This document shows, in pieces, positions 27,169-36,526 of a stretch of DNA of 64,000 nucleotides; position 1 is the first letter of the stretch, and the number at the start of each line of letters is the position of its first letter. The position numbers and the translations under genes are program-made. Location: contig JBBRRY010000002.1 of the NCBI GenBank assembly GCA_038245905.1, positions 32,001 through 96,000 of the forward strand, in the 5' to 3' direction. The stretch comes from Thermoanaerobaculia bacterium. Its GTDB lineage: Bacteria; Acidobacteriota; Thermoanaerobaculia; UBA5066. A model generated the notes under the pieces. That model was given only the letters and a program-made list of their open reading frames with translations, was not told where the DNA came from and did not search any database.

Positions 27169-28644
27169 TCATGCGGACTCCGGCGTGCGCGGCCGGACGC
27201 TTCGATCGGGGAACCGCGACGTCACGGCGAGATTGACCAGGGCGAGGGCGAGGAGCACGGCGAAGACGGGCAGGAGCGACTGCTCGAGCGCGAGACGCAT
27301 CTCGCGGGGGACGTGCCCCTGCGTCAGGAGCGATCCGGCGGAATCGGCAGCCGCCCCCAGCCGGCGGGTCAGGCCGGCCGCGAGAATCCCGCCCAGGGCC
27401 CCGACGCCCAGCGAGCCGCCGACGGTGCGGAAGAAAGGCACGAGGCTCGTGGCGACGCCCCGGCGATTCTCTTCGACGACGTTCTGGATCGCGAGCACCT
27501 GGGAGAGTGACGACGGGCCGAGCCCGGCCCCGATCAGGCCGCACGCCGCGCTGATCGCAGCCACCGGAGCGTCGTATCGCGCCGCCACGAGGAGGCCCAC
27601 GAAGCCCGCAAGGATCAGGAGGGCGCCGACGCGGGCGGTCCTCCGGAAGCCGAAGCGGACGATGATCCGCGCCGCGATCGCCGCCGAGAGCGACCAGAAA
27701 AGGACGAGCGGTGTGATGACCGCGCCGGCTGCCCCCGCGGTGCCGCCGCGCGCGCCCTGCACGAAGAGCGGCACGAAAGTATCGACCCCGTAAATCGTCG
27801 TTCCGAGGAGAATCCCGCCTACGTACGGAGCCGCCGTGTCGGCATGCCGGAAAAGCTCTGGCGGAATGAGGGGATGCTTGCGCCGGGTTTGCAGCCGCGC
27901 GAAGAGTCCGAGCAGGGTGAAGCCCATGACCCCGAGGAAGAGGCGGACCCCCACGCCGAGCGCTCCCGCGCCGGCTCTCTCCAGAACTGCGAAAAGCAGC
28001 GCCCCGATCCCGAGAGCGAGCGTGAGCGCGCCCGCGACGTCGAGCGGATCGGACCCCGGCTTGCGCGATTCGATCATCTTCGTCGCGACGAGGTAAAGGG
28101 CGACGAGGCCGAGCGGCACGTTGATCGTAAAGATGGATCGCCATCCGAACGTGACCGTCAGGAACGCGCCGAGAAGCGGACCCACGAGGCTCGCGAACCC
28201 CCAGACGCCGCTGAAAAACGCCTGCACCCGTGCGCGCTCCTCCAGCGAATAGAGGTCGCCGGACACCGTGAGGGCGATCGGAACGAGGCCGCCCGCGCCC
28301 AGGCCCTGAAGGCCGCGCGCGACGATGAGCTGCGGCATCGACCGGGCCAGCGCGCACGCCACCGCCCCGGCCAGAAACACGAGCGTTGCGCCCATGAGGA
28401 TGCGGCGCCTCCCGTAAACGTCCGCGAGCCGGCCGTAGATCGGCATCGTGACGGTGGACGCGAGGAGGTAGATCGAGAAGACCCATGAGTAGAGAGGAAG
28501 TCCGCGGAGCTCGCCGATGATCGTCGGCATCGCCGTCGACACGACCGTGGACTCGAACGACGAAAGAGCCGTGACGAGAAGCAGGGCGATCGTGACGGCG
28601 CGGCGCCGCGCCGGGTCGAAACGGGGCTCGACGGAGGCCGGCAT
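27169..28644 (-). CDS. MFS drug:H+ antiporter (DHA2/EmrB-like)
   Basis: [22 protein letters not shown] motif [23 protein letters not shown]. Confidence 0.92.
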   Translation of the reverse strand: MPASVEPRFDPARRRAVTIALLLVTALSSFESTVVSTAMPTIIGELRGLPLYSWVFSIYLLASTVTMPIYGRLADVYGRRRILMGATLVFLAGAVACALARSMPQLIVARGLQGLGAGGLVPIALTVSGDLYSLEERARVQAFFSGVWGFASLVGPLLGAFLTVTFGWRSIFTINVPLGLVALYLVATKMIESRKPGSDPLDVAGALTLALGIGALLFAVLERAGAGALGVGVRLFLGVMGFTLLGLFARLQTRRKHPLIPPELFRHADTAAPYVGGILLGTTIYGVDTFVPLFVQGARGGTAGAAGAVITPLVLFWSLSAAIAARIIVRFGFRRTARVGALLILAGFVGLLVAARYDAPVAAISAACGLIGAGLGPSSLSQVLAIQNVVEENRRGVATSLVPFFRTVGGSLGVGALGGILAAGLTRRLGAAADSAGSLLTQGHVPREMRLALEQSLLPVFAVLLALALVNLAVTSRFPDRSVRPRTPESA

Positions 28645-28667
28645 CGGCCGGCGAGAGTAGCAGGCGC

Positions 28668-28853
28668 CTCCGCGCCTACTACGCGCTCGGGGCGCGCTAC
28701 ATGACGCTGACCTACAACGTCACGCTCGACTGGGCCGACAGCGCGACGGACCCGCCCGCCCGCCACGGCGGTCTCACGAAGTTCGGCGAGGACGCCGTGC
28801 GCGAGATGAACCGGCTCGGGATGCTCGTGGACCTCTCCCACGTCGCGCCCTAG
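28668..28853 (+). pseudogene. Internal fragment of a membrane dipeptidase (peptidase M19)
   Basis: Translates [64 protein letters not shown]; N- and C-terminal regions missing. Confidence 0.8.
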
Positions 28854-28914
28854 ACGGTCGCGAAACGGCTCCGGTCTTCACAACCGCACTAGAATCCCGA
28901 AGCGGGAGTCACAC

Positions 28915-29625
28915 ATGGAACTAAAAGGCCGAGTCGTTCTCATCACGGGCGCGGGGCACGGCATCGGCCGCGCGCTGGCGCACGCCTTCGCGGCGGCGGG
29001 GGCGAAGGTCGCTCTCCTCGGGAAGACGAAGAAGAACCTGCTCGACGTGCAGAAGGAGCTGAAGGACTCCGGCGTCCCGACCGTCGTCCTCGCGGCGGAC
29101 GTCTCGGACGAGGGCGCGGTCTCGCGCGCCGTCGCCGCCGCCGAGCAACAGCTCGGGCCGGTGGACGTCCTCGTGAACAACGCGGGCATTTTCGTGCTGG
29201 CGCCGGTCGAGAAGCTGGACACGCTCGCCTTCGACCGGACGATCGCCGTCAACCTGCGTGGGCCCTTCCTCATGTCCCGCGCCGTGCTGCCCGGGATGAA
29301 ATCCCGCAAGCGCGGGCACATCGTGAACATCTCGTCGACGGCGGGCCGGCGCGGGTTCGCGGGCGGCGGCGCGTACTGCACGTCGAAATTCGGGCTCGCG
29401 GGCCTCACGGAGGCGATGCGGTACGAGGCCCGCACGTCGAACGTGCGTGTGACCTGCGTCTACCCGTCCACGGTGAACACCGGCCTCGTGAAGAAGGCGG
29501 GAATGGACCTAGTACCCGAACGCGCGATCCAGCCCGAGGACGTCGCGAACGCGGTCGTGTCGCTCGTGGCGATGGACGACCGCGCGATGACGACGGCCTT
29601 GGAGATCTGGCAGACGAACCCGTGA
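28915..29625 (+). CDS. Short-chain dehydrogenase/reductase
   Basis: TGAGHGIG, NNAG, NISS, YCTSK (YxxxK). Confidence 0.93.
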   Translation: MELKGRVVLITGAGHGIGRALAHAFAAAGAKVALLGKTKKNLLDVQKELKDSGVPTVVLAADVSDEGAVSRAVAAAEQQLGPVDVLVNNAGIFVLAPVEKLDTLAFDRTIAVNLRGPFLMSRAVLPGMKSRKRGHIVNISSTAGRRGFAGGGAYCTSKFGLAGLTEAMRYEARTSNVRVTCVYPSTVNTGLVKKAGMDLVPERAIQPEDVANAVVSLVAMDDRAMTTALEIWQTNP

Positions 29626-30395
29626 CGGCTCCGGACGCCTCTCCAAGGCCGCACACGCCAGCGGCGCCTCCACACGCGAAGGGCACGTCCCGGCCCCGCC
29701 CCCGCCATCACCACGTGGAAGCCCACTTCTCGGGCTCCGAGACCGTGCGGGACGTCGTGCTCGGGATGTCCGACGGCCTCACGGTCCCCTTCGCACTCGC
29801 TGCGGGCCTTTCCGGCGCAGTTGCGAGCTCGCGCGTGATCCTCGTGGCAGGCGTCGCCGAGCTGGCCGCGGGCGCGATCGCTATGGGCCTCGGTGGATAT
29901 CTGGCCGCCAAGAGCGAGACCGATACGTGGCACAGCGAGCTGAAGCGCGAGTACGAAGAAGTGAAGGACGTTCCCGCGGAAGAGCAGGAAGAGGTCCGCA
30001 AGGTGTTCCGCGCCTGGGGCCTCGAGGGGGACACACTGGAAGCGGCCACGCACGCCGTCTGTGCGGATCACGATCGCTGGGTCGACTTCATGATGCGCGA
30101 GGAGCTCAACCTCTCGGAGCCCGATCCGAAGCGGGCCCGCGTCTCGGCGCTCACGATCGGCGGGTCGTACGTGGCCGGCGGGGCGATTCCGCTCGCTCCC
30201 TATCTCTTCGGGATGCCCGTCACGAGGGCTCTCGCCGCTTCGGTCGTCGTCACCCTCATCGCGCTCGCCGTCTTCGGAGCGTGGAAGGGCAAGCTCACGG
30301 GACGGCCGCCCGTCAGCGAGGCGCTGCGCACCGTGCTCGTCGGAGCCCTCGCGTCCGGAGCGGCCTATACGCTGGCCCGACTGATTTCCGGCTAA
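29622..30395 (+). CDS. VIT1/CCC1-family Fe/Mn transporter
   Basis: RDVVLGMSDGLTVPFALAAG, AGAIAMGLGGYLA, FMMREEL; His-rich N-terminus. Confidence 0.92.
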   Translation: MTAPDASPRPHTPAAPPHAKGTSRPRPRHHHVEAHFSGSETVRDVVLGMSDGLTVPFALAAGLSGAVASSRVILVAGVAELAAGAIAMGLGGYLAAKSETDTWHSELKREYEEVKDVPAEEQEEVRKVFRAWGLEGDTLEAATHAVCADHDRWVDFMMREELNLSEPDPKRARVSALTIGGSYVAGGAIPLAPYLFGMPVTRALAASVVVTLIALAVFGAWKGKLTGRPPVSEALRTVLVGALASGAAYTLARLISG

Positions 30396-30554
30396 ACCGC
30401 CGCTCCGGGCCAGCAGGGGCTGAGACACAGGATCAACAGGGTGATCCGTTTGCACCATTGAGGAAGACCCCGCCCCCCCGCACTCTGGCGCGCACCCGAA
30501 GGGCCCGTTCTGAGAGCCGTTCTTGGTCAATTCATTGGAGAAGGCGAGGCCGCT

Positions 30555-32336
30555 GTGCAACAACGAACAATCACGATCGCCATGGTCGGCGCGGGTGGCG
30601 ACGGAATCGTCACGATGGGCGACGTCCTCTCGCAGGCCGCCGCGCGCGATGGGCTCAACGTCCTGAAAACCGAGGCTTACGGCCCGCAGATTCGCGGCGG
30701 CGAATCCTCCTGCGTCGTCCGCCTCAGCGGCGACCCGATCTATGAATCGGGCGACGGCGCGGACGTCCTCGTCGTATTCAGCTGGGCCGACTTCAGCCGT
30801 TTCAAAGGCGAGTGCACCCCCGCGAAGAATGCCGTCGTCCTCTCGGACGAGGCCGATCCCGTCGCGCGCACGCCCGAGGACCTCGGACTCGGCGCGGACG
30901 CGGTCTGGATCAAGCTGCCGTTCGGGAAGCTGTCCACGGAGTCGGGCGCGAAGGGATCGAAGAACCTCGTGGGCCTCGGCGTTCTCACGGCTCTCTTCGG
31001 CCTGCCCGCGGAGACGCTTCGCCGCGCGGTGGTCTCCCGCTTCGGGAAGAAGAAGGCGGCCGTCGGCGAAGGCGCCCTGAAGGCGTTCGAGGCCGGCTTC
31101 CTTCTCGGTCAGACGCTGCCTCCGATGCCGGAGCGCCGGCTCGGCTTCACGCCGGGGCCCGCCAAGCTCATCATGTCGGGCAACGAAGCGACGGCGATCG
31201 GCGCCCTGCACGCGGGCTGTCGCTACTTCGCGGGCTATCCCATCACGCCTTCCACCGAAATCCTCATGTTCCTCGACGAGTGGCTTCCAAAGATGGGCGG
31301 CTCGCTCGTTCAGACGGAGGACGAGCTCTCCGCCATCGGCGCCGTCCTCGGCGCGTCGTTTGCGGGCCAGAAGGCGATGACGGCCACCTCCGGCCCCGGG
31401 CTCTCGCTCATGACCGAGATGCTCGGCCTCGCGTCGATGGCCGAGCTCCCTTGTGTCGTCGTGAACGTGCAGCGCGGGGGCCCGTCCACCGGCCTTCCCA
31501 CGAAAAGCGAGCAGTCGGATCTCTTCCAGGCGGTCTTCGCCGGACACGGCGATATGCCGCGCGTCGTTCTGGCCTGCTCGGACGTGGAGGACTCCTTCCA
31601 TACGACCGTCGACGCCTTCAACATCGCCGAGGAGTACCAGATCCCCGTCATCGTCCTCTCCGATCAGCTGGTCGCGGGCCGGCGGGAAACTTTCGACCCG
31701 GCGTCCCTCGTCCACGCCGTGCGCGAGCGGCGCCTTCCCACCGACGAGGAGCTGACCGACTATCACCGCTACCGGGAGACCCCCGACGGCGTCTCGCCGA
31801 TCGCGCGCCCCGGGATCAAGGGCGGGATCTATCAGACGAACGGCCTCGAGCACGACGAAGAGGGCAGCCCCGGCTCCGGGTTCGACCTTCACGAAGTGAT
31901 GAACGCGAAGCGGTACCGCAAGCTCATCCCCATCCGGGACGCCCATACGTTCCACCGGCGTTACGGCCCAAAAGACGCGGATATCGGCATCGTGTGCTGG
32001 GGCTCGTCGAAGGGTGCCGTGCGCGAGGCCGTGCGGCGCGCGAACGAACGCGGCCTGAAGGTCGCCGCCTTCGTGCCGCAGATGATCTATCCGTTCCCGA
32101 AGAAGGAATTCGAGGCCTTCCTGAAGGGTCTGAAGCGCATCCTCGTCGTCGAGCTCTCGTACGCTGCGCAGTTCCACAAGTACCTCCGCACGTTCCTCGA
32201 CCTACCCGCCGATCGCACGCACGTCTACAAGAGGTCGGGCGGCAAGAATCTGACCGTCGCCGAAGTGGACGCGGAGCTCGTCGCGCTCTCTGTCGCCCTC
32301 GCGGCCGAGCGCGCCCAGGAAAAGGTGTCCGCATGA
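30555..32336 (+). CDS. korA: 2-oxoacid:ferredoxin oxidoreductase alpha subunit (gamma-alpha fusion)
   Basis: GAGGDG, YGPQIRGGES, AGYPITPST, TATSGPGLSLM, QRGGPSTGLPT. Confidence 0.93.
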   Translation: MQQRTITIAMVGAGGDGIVTMGDVLSQAAARDGLNVLKTEAYGPQIRGGESSCVVRLSGDPIYESGDGADVLVVFSWADFSRFKGECTPAKNAVVLSDEADPVARTPEDLGLGADAVWIKLPFGKLSTESGAKGSKNLVGLGVLTALFGLPAETLRRAVVSRFGKKKAAVGEGALKAFEAGFLLGQTLPPMPERRLGFTPGPAKLIMSGNEATAIGALHAGCRYFAGYPITPSTEILMFLDEWLPKMGGSLVQTEDELSAIGAVLGASFAGQKAMTATSGPGLSLMTEMLGLASMAELPCVVVNVQRGGPSTGLPTKSEQSDLFQAVFAGHGDMPRVVLACSDVEDSFHTTVDAFNIAEEYQIPVIVLSDQLVAGRRETFDPASLVHAVRERRLPTDEELTDYHRYRETPDGVSPIARPGIKGGIYQTNGLEHDEEGSPGSGFDLHEVMNAKRYRKLIPIRDAHTFHRRYGPKDADIGIVCWGSSKGAVREAVRRANERGLKVAAFVPQMIYPFPKKEFEAFLKGLKRILVVELSYAAQFHKYLRTFLDLPADRTHVYKRSGGKNLTVAEVDAELVALSVALAAERAQEKVSA

Positions 32337-33211
32337 GCGAAGCCGTGACCCTTCCCGAATTCAAGCCCGTCGACTACAAGACCGATCTCAAGCCCGTCTG
32401 GTGCGCCGGCTGCGGCGACTTCGGCGTCCTGACCGGCCTCTACCGGGCGCTCACCGAGCTGCAGGTGAAGCCATGGGAGACCGTCGTGGTCTCGGGCATC
32501 GGCTGCTCGTCGCGCCTTCCCGGTTACGTCGACACGTTCGGCGTGAACAGCCTCCACGGCCGCGCCCTCCCGCTCGCGGCGGGAGTCAAGGTCGCGCGCC
32601 CGGACCTCACCGTCATCGCGGTGGGCGGCGACGGCGACGGTCTCGCGATCGGCGGCAACCACTTCATGCACGCCGCGCGGCGAAACCTGGACGTCACGTA
32701 CCTCATCATGGACAACGAAATCTACGGCCTCACGAAGGGCCAGGCCGCGCCCACGACCCCCGCCGGCGACAAGACGAAGTCCACGCACTACGGCAACCCC
32801 GAGCCCTCGGTCGACCCCTGCGAGCTCGCGATCTCGTTCGGAGCGACGTGGGTCGGGCGGGCCTTCTCGGGCGACCTCAAGGGAACCGTCGAGCTCATGG
32901 TGAAAGCCCTTTCGCACAAGGGCTTCGCGTTCCTCAACATCATGTCTCCCTGCGTCACCTGGCGCGGCGACGACCAGTTCAAGGCCCTCAAGGCTAAGCA
33001 GAGGCAGCTTCCCGAGAATCACGACGCCTCGTCGCGCCCGGCGGCGCTCGCATTCACTCGCGAGAAGGAGTTCGTGACGACCGGCGTCCTCTACGACGTC
33101 TCGGAGCCCACGCTCCTCGACCGCCTCGGGACCGTCAAGGTCAACGCGCTCGCGGGCAAGCCGCAGTCGACCGTCCAGGACATCATCAAGAGCTTTCAGC
33201 CGTCGTTCTGA
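32333..33211 (+). CDS. korB: 2-oxoacid:ferredoxin oxidoreductase beta subunit
   Basis: WCAGCGDF, SGIGCSSR, LHGRA, GGDGDG...DNEIYGLTKGQ (TPP-binding), SPCVT; ATGA overlap with the alpha subunit. Confidence 0.94.
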   Translation: MSEAVTLPEFKPVDYKTDLKPVWCAGCGDFGVLTGLYRALTELQVKPWETVVVSGIGCSSRLPGYVDTFGVNSLHGRALPLAAGVKVARPDLTVIAVGGDGDGLAIGGNHFMHAARRNLDVTYLIMDNEIYGLTKGQAAPTTPAGDKTKSTHYGNPEPSVDPCELAISFGATWVGRAFSGDLKGTVELMVKALSHKGFAFLNIMSPCVTWRGDDQFKALKAKQRQLPENHDASSRPAALAFTREKEFVTTGVLYDVSEPTLLDRLGTVKVNALAGKPQSTVQDIIKSFQPSF

Positions 33212-33233
33212 CGGCTTTCGTCCACGGGACTTC

Positions 33234-33260
33234 GGGCCGCGCTCGCGCGGCCCTTTTTCT
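33234..33260 (+). terminator. Rho-independent terminator after korB
   Basis: GGGCCGCG-CTCG-CGCGGCCC stem followed by TTTTTCT. Confidence 0.85.
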
Positions 33261-33273
33261 TTCCGCTATCCCC

Positions 33274-33717
33274 TCATGCCGGGATCAATTCGAGGGTTCC
33301 GCGCTCCGCTTCGATCACGGCCGCGACGGGAATACCCCGGTCGAACGTGGCGAGTCTCCCCTTCCTGCTCGTTGTAAGACCCAGTAGGTAGACGTCCGTC
33401 AGCTTCTGATGAGACACGGGCGCGGTCCACCTGAAAAGACCGGGATCGCGAAGCGAGACTTCGTCCGGCCAGAAGACGTGCCCGCCGCTCGCGCAGAATT
33501 CGCCTAGGCGGCGGACGATTGCTCCCCGCGTCTCGGGGCTGGCCATGTAGGCCGGGTTCGAGAGAATCCGCACGAGTCCGTTCTCGGTGATCGGACAGGT
33601 GGCCCAGCCACTCTCGCGGTTTTCGCCAAACCACCGGTGAGCGGCTTCGTGGTGCACGTGATCCGGATCGAACAGAGCGACGAGGACGTTGACGTCGAGG
33701 AGGGCGACGCGCGTCAC
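33274..33717 (-). CDS. vapC: VapC-family PIN-domain toxin
   Basis: LLDVNVLVALF..H.HH, TENGLVRILSNP, TDVYLLGL, LATFD. Confidence 0.9.
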   Translation of the reverse strand: MTRVALLDVNVLVALFDPDHVHHEAAHRWFGENRESGWATCPITENGLVRILSNPAYMASPETRGAIVRRLGEFCASGGHVFWPDEVSLRDPGLFRWTAPVSHQKLTDVYLLGLTTSRKGRLATFDRGIPVAAVIEAERGTLELIPA

Positions 33718-33962
33718 GCCTCGTCCCGGAGCCTGTTGACGAGAGCCATCGTCGGGCGAACGCTCCCCTTCGGCCGGCGCGGAATCAGCGGAACACCGTT
33801 GCGCACCCGCGGCGCTTTTCCCGGCTCGAGCGCTTTCCGCGCCAAGTCCGACAGAACCCGGCCAGCTGTGGTCGAGCGGTTGGCCGCGATTTCCTTCGCC
33901 GCCTGCAGGACATCGTCGTCGATCTCGAGTGTCGTCCTCACGCGGACATCATCACGCATCAC
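33714..33962 (-). CDS. vapB: VapB-type (RHH) antitoxin
   Basis: RTTLEIDDDVLQAAKEIA...AGRVLSDLARKAL...RNGVPL; 4-bp overlap with the toxin; start may be slightly downstream. Confidence 0.85.
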   Translation of the reverse strand: MMRDDVRVRTTLEIDDDVLQAAKEIAANRSTTAGRVLSDLARKALEPGKAPRVRNGVPLIPRRPKGSVRPTMALVNRLRDEA

Positions 33963-33994
33963 GCATCAGATGTCAAACGCGAGAGCAAAGTTCC

Positions 33995-35509
33995 TCAGCG
34001 TCCTCGCATCTCGTAGACGAAGCCCATGCCGGGCGTCTTCCTTGCCTCGAGGTCTGCGCGGAAGACGCGGGCTGCGTCCACGTCGGGGAACTCGCCCACG
34101 ACGACTCGATACCAGACGCCCTTCTCCCCGAGATCCACTTCGACCGCGCGCGCGGGCGACCCCAACGCCGCGCCGAGCTTCAGGGCTTCCTTCGCCGCGC
34201 TGTCGCGGTCTTTCGTCGAAGAGAAGTGAATGACGTAGACAGCCGACTTTCCGGACCAGTCGGGCGTCAGGAGAACGGCCGCCTTTCCCCGCGGCACCTC
34301 GGGCGCGGGCTTTGCCGAAGGAGCCGCTGGCTTTGCCGCTAGAGCCACGGGCTTCGCAGCCACGGCCGGCGCGGCCGTCGGGACCGCGACGGGCACCGGA
34401 ACTGTTACAGGGGCCGGCTCGGGTTTCTTGCGCGCGACGAGCGGTGTCGGCTTCACGATCTCGTTCTTGAAGACGTACTCCCGGACGGCCCACGCGAGGC
34501 CAGCCCCGACCGCGAGGACGAGCCCAACGGCCACGAGCCAGCCTCTCCCGCTCGAACGACGGGGCGGCGGGGGGAGAGGATCGGCCGCCTTGAAGTGGAA
34601 TTCCTCCATCGCCGGCTGCGTGTTGTCCTCGAGCAGCTCGGCGAGGCGCGGCGTCTCGGGCGCGGACCTTGCCGCCGGCTCGTGAGGAGGCACGAGCGGG
34701 ATCGACGGGGCGGACGCGACGGCGGGGCGGGGAAGGGGTTTCGGAGCCTCGGTGAGAAGGTCGTCGAGGTTCTCGTCTGTGAGTCTGGGGCGCGGCTCGC
34801 CGAATGGCAGAGTCCCGCTCTCGGCGGGCGCTTTCGATTCGGGTGCGTACGTGAGCGGTGGCGAGTAGCTGACGGGCGGTGGCGCGCCGGCTGGAGGCGC
34901 AGGCGTAACCGCCGGCGGCCGCGGCGGGCCGGACGAAGTCTCCGGCGCGTACGCGAGGGGCGCGGGCGCCGGCACCCGGTCGCGCTCGGGCTCGATCAGC
35001 ACAGAGATCTCGAGAGGACCGCGCGATCTGCGCGGGATCGGCAGGATCGCCGACCGGAACGGCGCGTCGTCGGGCTGAATCGGCAGGTCTTTTTCCCAGT
35101 TCAGATCCGAACGGGAGGCCAGATCCTGGAAGGGATCGTCGGCCGCCGCCGGCTTCGCGGGCGGCTGCGGATGCTGCGTCGTCGGCGATCCCGGCGCCTC
35201 GCGCGCGGGCGCCGGCCGGGCGGGAAAAATGGGCATGGGCGGCGGCTCGGGCTCCGAAACGGGAATCCCCGACCCGTCCCGCTCGAGCTGGAGGCGTGCC
35301 CGCCGTGCGAGCACGTCGAGCGGCGCCGCCTCGAATCCCTGCTTCACCTTCGCCAGCTCCTCGGCGACCACGCTCCGCGCCGCCTTGAACAGCACGGCCG
35401 GATCCGCCGAAACGGTCTTGGCAAGCTCGCGCACGACGTCCGTCACTGACGGAAGCATTCTCTTCCTGGGCTCTGGATCGCGCGGAAAACCTGTGTCGAG
35501 CGGACTCAT
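33995..35509 (-). CDS. Bitopic SPOR-domain protein (FtsN/DedD/DamX-like topology) with a small helical N-terminal domain and a long Pro-rich cytoplasmic region
   Basis: ATGA overlap with the actin gene; TM GWLVAVGLVLAVGAGLAWAV; C-terminal YVIHFSSTKDRDSA...GVWYRVVVGEFPDVDAARVF SPOR pattern. Confidence 0.8.
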   Translation of the reverse strand: MSPLDTGFPRDPEPRKRMLPSVTDVVRELAKTVSADPAVLFKAARSVVAEELAKVKQGFEAAPLDVLARRARLQLERDGSGIPVSEPEPPPMPIFPARPAPAREAPGSPTTQHPQPPAKPAAADDPFQDLASRSDLNWEKDLPIQPDDAPFRSAILPIPRRSRGPLEISVLIEPERDRVPAPAPLAYAPETSSGPPRPPAVTPAPPAGAPPPVSYSPPLTYAPESKAPAESGTLPFGEPRPRLTDENLDDLLTEAPKPLPRPAVASAPSIPLVPPHEPAARSAPETPRLAELLEDNTQPAMEEFHFKAADPLPPPPRRSSGRGWLVAVGLVLAVGAGLAWAVREYVFKNEIVKPTPLVARKKPEPAPVTVPVPVAVPTAAPAVAAKPVALAAKPAAPSAKPAPEVPRGKAAVLLTPDWSGKSAVYVIHFSSTKDRDSAAKEALKLGAALGSPARAVEVDLGEKGVWYRVVVGEFPDVDAARVFRADLEARKTPGMGFVYEMRGR

Positions 35510-36525
35510 GCCGACAGCGGCTCCCAGTCTCCTTCGGGCGCGTCCAGCGCGATGGCAAGGCCGCCATTCGAGCCCGCGAAGACCGGATCGTCCACGGTGC
35601 GCACCCGGCCCCCGCCGAGCTCGGAAAGCGTCTTCTCGAGCGCGGCCGCGAAACCGGGCAGCTGCGAGCCGCCGCCCGCGAGGACGATGCTGTGCTGCAC
35701 CTTTTCCTGGTATTCCGGCTCGACCTTGGAGAGGAGGTCGAGCATCGTCTCGGCGATGGGCCCGACGATGCTCTCGCAGGCCTTCTTCATCTCGGCCGTA
35801 ATGTCGACGTCCGCCGGCTTCCCCTTCACGGGGAACCGCACGACGACCGGACCCGGCGGGCTCCCGACGAAGCTGTGCTTCTCCTTCCACTCGCGCACCA
35901 TGTGAACCGAGATACGACCGTCGGGGTTCTTCGCCTTGACGAGCATCATGAGCTGCTCGTCGACGGAGTCTCCCGCGTGCGTGAGCGTTCGCTGGTCGTC
36001 GTCGGTCGGGTAGCGGCCGTTCATGACGCAGAAGTCCGTCGTGCCCGCGCCGATGTCGATGATCATGGTGTGAAGCAGCGCGTCCATTCCGTATGCCACG
36101 GCGAACGGCTCGGACACGATGAGCAGGGCGTCCGCGATCCCCTTCACCGCCGCGCGCAGGTGCTGCCTCGAGACGCGCAGCGCCTCGGCCGGCACGCCGA
36201 CGACGGCCTGCACGGCCTGGCCTTCCTTCCGGCCGGCCAGCGAGATGAGGTGCTTCAGAAGCTCGTGCACGGCCTCCTCGTCCTTCACGGAGCCCTGCTT
36301 GATGAGACCGCGCTCGAGCGGGCGGTGCAGGTCGAGCATGGGCCGGTTCTCGAGCGCCTCGGCGCCAAAGAGGATCGGCTTTTTCACGACCTTGCGGGCC
36401 ACCATGTCCAGGGGCCAGCCCACGTAACTCTCCACGACGTGATGCGCGCCGTTCGAGGCCGTGATCGCGCTCCGCGACGTGCCGAGGTCGATCCCGACGT
36501 GGAGAACATCCTTCTTCCCGCTCAT
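35506..36525 (-). CDS. MamK-like actin-family ATPase
   Basis: GIDLGTSRS, ESYVGWPLD, RPLERGLIK, VVGVPAEA, IVSEPFAVAYG, IIDIGAGTTDFC..G.YP..DDQ.TL..AGD.VDE, KEKHSFVG, LAGGGSQ. These match MamK (SVVGYPKD, VSEPFMVGYG, DIGAGTTDIC, KEQFSFVG) better than MreB (IEEPMAAAIG, DIGGGTT). Confidence 0.88.
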   Translation of the reverse strand: MSGKKDVLHVGIDLGTSRSAITASNGAHHVVESYVGWPLDMVARKVVKKPILFGAEALENRPMLDLHRPLERGLIKQGSVKDEEAVHELLKHLISLAGRKEGQAVQAVVGVPAEALRVSRQHLRAAVKGIADALLIVSEPFAVAYGMDALLHTMIIDIGAGTTDFCVMNGRYPTDDDQRTLTHAGDSVDEQLMMLVKAKNPDGRISVHMVREWKEKHSFVGSPPGPVVVRFPVKGKPADVDITAEMKKACESIVGPIAETMLDLLSKVEPEYQEKVQHSIVLAGGGSQLPGFAAALEKTLSELGGGRVRTVDDPVFAGSNGGLAIALDAPEGDWEPLSA

Positions 36526-36526
36526 G

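Noticed and set aside
33274-33962. vapBC as a marker of a mobile element or island
   Set aside because: No integrase, transposase, tRNA or flanking direct repeats were seen; it looks like a solitary chromosomal TA pair.
35506-36525. Magnetosome gene cluster, or a plain mreB call
   Set aside because: No other mam genes and no mreCD in the window; the motifs fit MamK-like rather than MreB. Magnetotaxis cannot be inferred from this window.
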